Assembly: GCA_027021705.1 (NCBI GenBank)
Contig: JALUTT010000170.1
Coordinates: 2,429-66,428, forward strand
Reading direction: 5' to 3'
Length of the DNA: 64,000 bases
Source: Anaerolineae bacterium
GTDB taxonomy: Bacteria > Chloroflexota > Anaerolineae > S140-20
The translations under genes were made by a program, and so were the position numbers. The notes beneath the pieces were generated by a model. That model worked only from the letters and a program-made list of their open reading frames with translations, was not told where the DNA came from and did no database searches. Below, one piece after another: positions 63,182 through 64,000 of the stretch (the first letter of the stretch is position 1; each line of letters begins with the position of its first letter).

Positions 63182-64000
63182 GTGACTTCTGCGGAAGAGG
63201 ACAGACGCCAGATCGTCCGGGCGGCAACGGTGGTGATGACCGCCTTCATCCTCAGTCGGCTCTTGGGGCTGGTCCGGCAGCGGGTGATCGGCCTCTACTT
63301 CGGCACCAGCGCCGACCTGGACGCCTACCTGGCTGCCTTCCGCATCCCTGATCTCATCTTTCAATTGATGGCCGGCGGAGCCCTCGGCTCCGCCTTCATC
63401 CCCACTTTCACCGGCTACCTGGCCCGAGGTGACCGGCCCGGAGCTTGGCGGCTGGCCAGCGCCGTCATCAACTTGCTGCTGGTCACGCTGACGGGGTCCG
63501 CCCTCCTGGCCGGCCTGACCGCCCCCTGGCTAGTCGCTACCCTCATCGCCCCCGGCTTTCCCCCGGCCCAACAGCAGCTCACCGTCGCGCTGATGCGGGT
63601 GATGCTCCTCTCGACCATCGTCTTCGGCGTCAGCGGTGTGGTGATGGGGGCGCTGAACGCCTACCAGCACTTCCTGTTGCCGGCCGTGGCTCCGATGCTC
63701 TACAACCTGGGGATCATCGGGGGGGCGGTCCTCCTCTCGCCCACGCAGGGGGTGATGGGGCTGGCGGTGGGGGTGGTGGTCGGCGCGGCGCTCCACCTCT
63801 TGGTCCAGGTGCCGAGTCTCCTCCGCTTCCAGGCTCGCTACACTCCTCTGCTCACCCTGCGGGACCCCGGTGTGCAAGAGGTGCTCCGGCTGATGGCCCC
63901 TCGGGTGCTGGGGCTGGCCGTCGTCCAGGTCAACTTTCTGGTCAATACCAACCTGGCTTCCCGGCTGGGGGAGGGGCCGCTGTCAGCCCTCAACTACGCT
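63182..64000 (+). CDS. murJ: Lipid II flippase MurJ (MviN), partial
   Basis: From GTG 63182: MTSAEEDRRQIVRAATVVMTAFILSRLLGLVRQ...DAYLAAFRIPDL...GGALGSAFIP; open to the window end. Confidence 0.92.
   Translation, partial: MTSAEEDRRQIVRAATVVMTAFILSRLLGLVRQRVIGLYFGTSADLDAYLAAFRIPDLIFQLMAGGALGSAFIPTFTGYLARGDRPGAWRLASAVINLLLVTLTGSALLAGLTAPWLVATLIAPGFPPAQQQLTVALMRVMLLSTIVFGVSGVVMGALNAYQHFLLPAVAPMLYNLGIIGGAVLLSPTQGVMGLAVGVVVGAALHLLVQVPSLLRFQARYTPLLTLRDPGVQEVLRLMAPRVLGLAVVQVNFLVNTNLASRLGEGPLSALNYA

Overview
A high-GC bacterial chromosomal segment. Gene style suggests Chloroflexota/Anaerolineae (inference, not verified). In order, the window holds: an alpha/beta hydrolase; an operon of DUF355 adenosine-kinase-like protein, HD nucleotidase, sAC-like tandem adenylate cyclase-NTPase-TPR protein and a secreted C25-like protease with (GVMRAI)5; an RHH/DUF5678 + retropepsin gene pair; a LysM-M23 peptidase; pgeF; a coiled-coil tandem-repeat protein; a long cytochrome c maturation cluster (ccmE[CxxxY]-F-H-G, accessory genes, ccmA-B-C-D, ccdA, tlpA) interrupted by a PLD-winged-helix putative m6A-dependent nuclease; metG; cell-envelope glycosyltransferases; a SpoIIE/response regulator/histidine kinase cluster; an ECF sigma with a very large anti-sigma; a CARDB lipoprotein behind a long structured leader; an SPT-like aminotransferase; an ABC exporter; a four-gene multiheme cytochrome locus (collagen-stalked octaheme lipoprotein, split CbcL-like pair, ImcH-like protein); tRNAs Phe, Gly, Cys and Leu; a GT2; a globin-MoaD/ThiS fusion; a decayed nucleotidyltransferase; and partial murJ. 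Four copies of a ~120-bp MITE with TIRs and ~8-bp target duplications are scattered through the window. The strongest candidates for an undescribed system are the collagen-stalked multiheme electron-transfer locus and the sAC-STAND-TPR/C25-protease operon. All assignments come from reading motifs by eye; no database searches were run.
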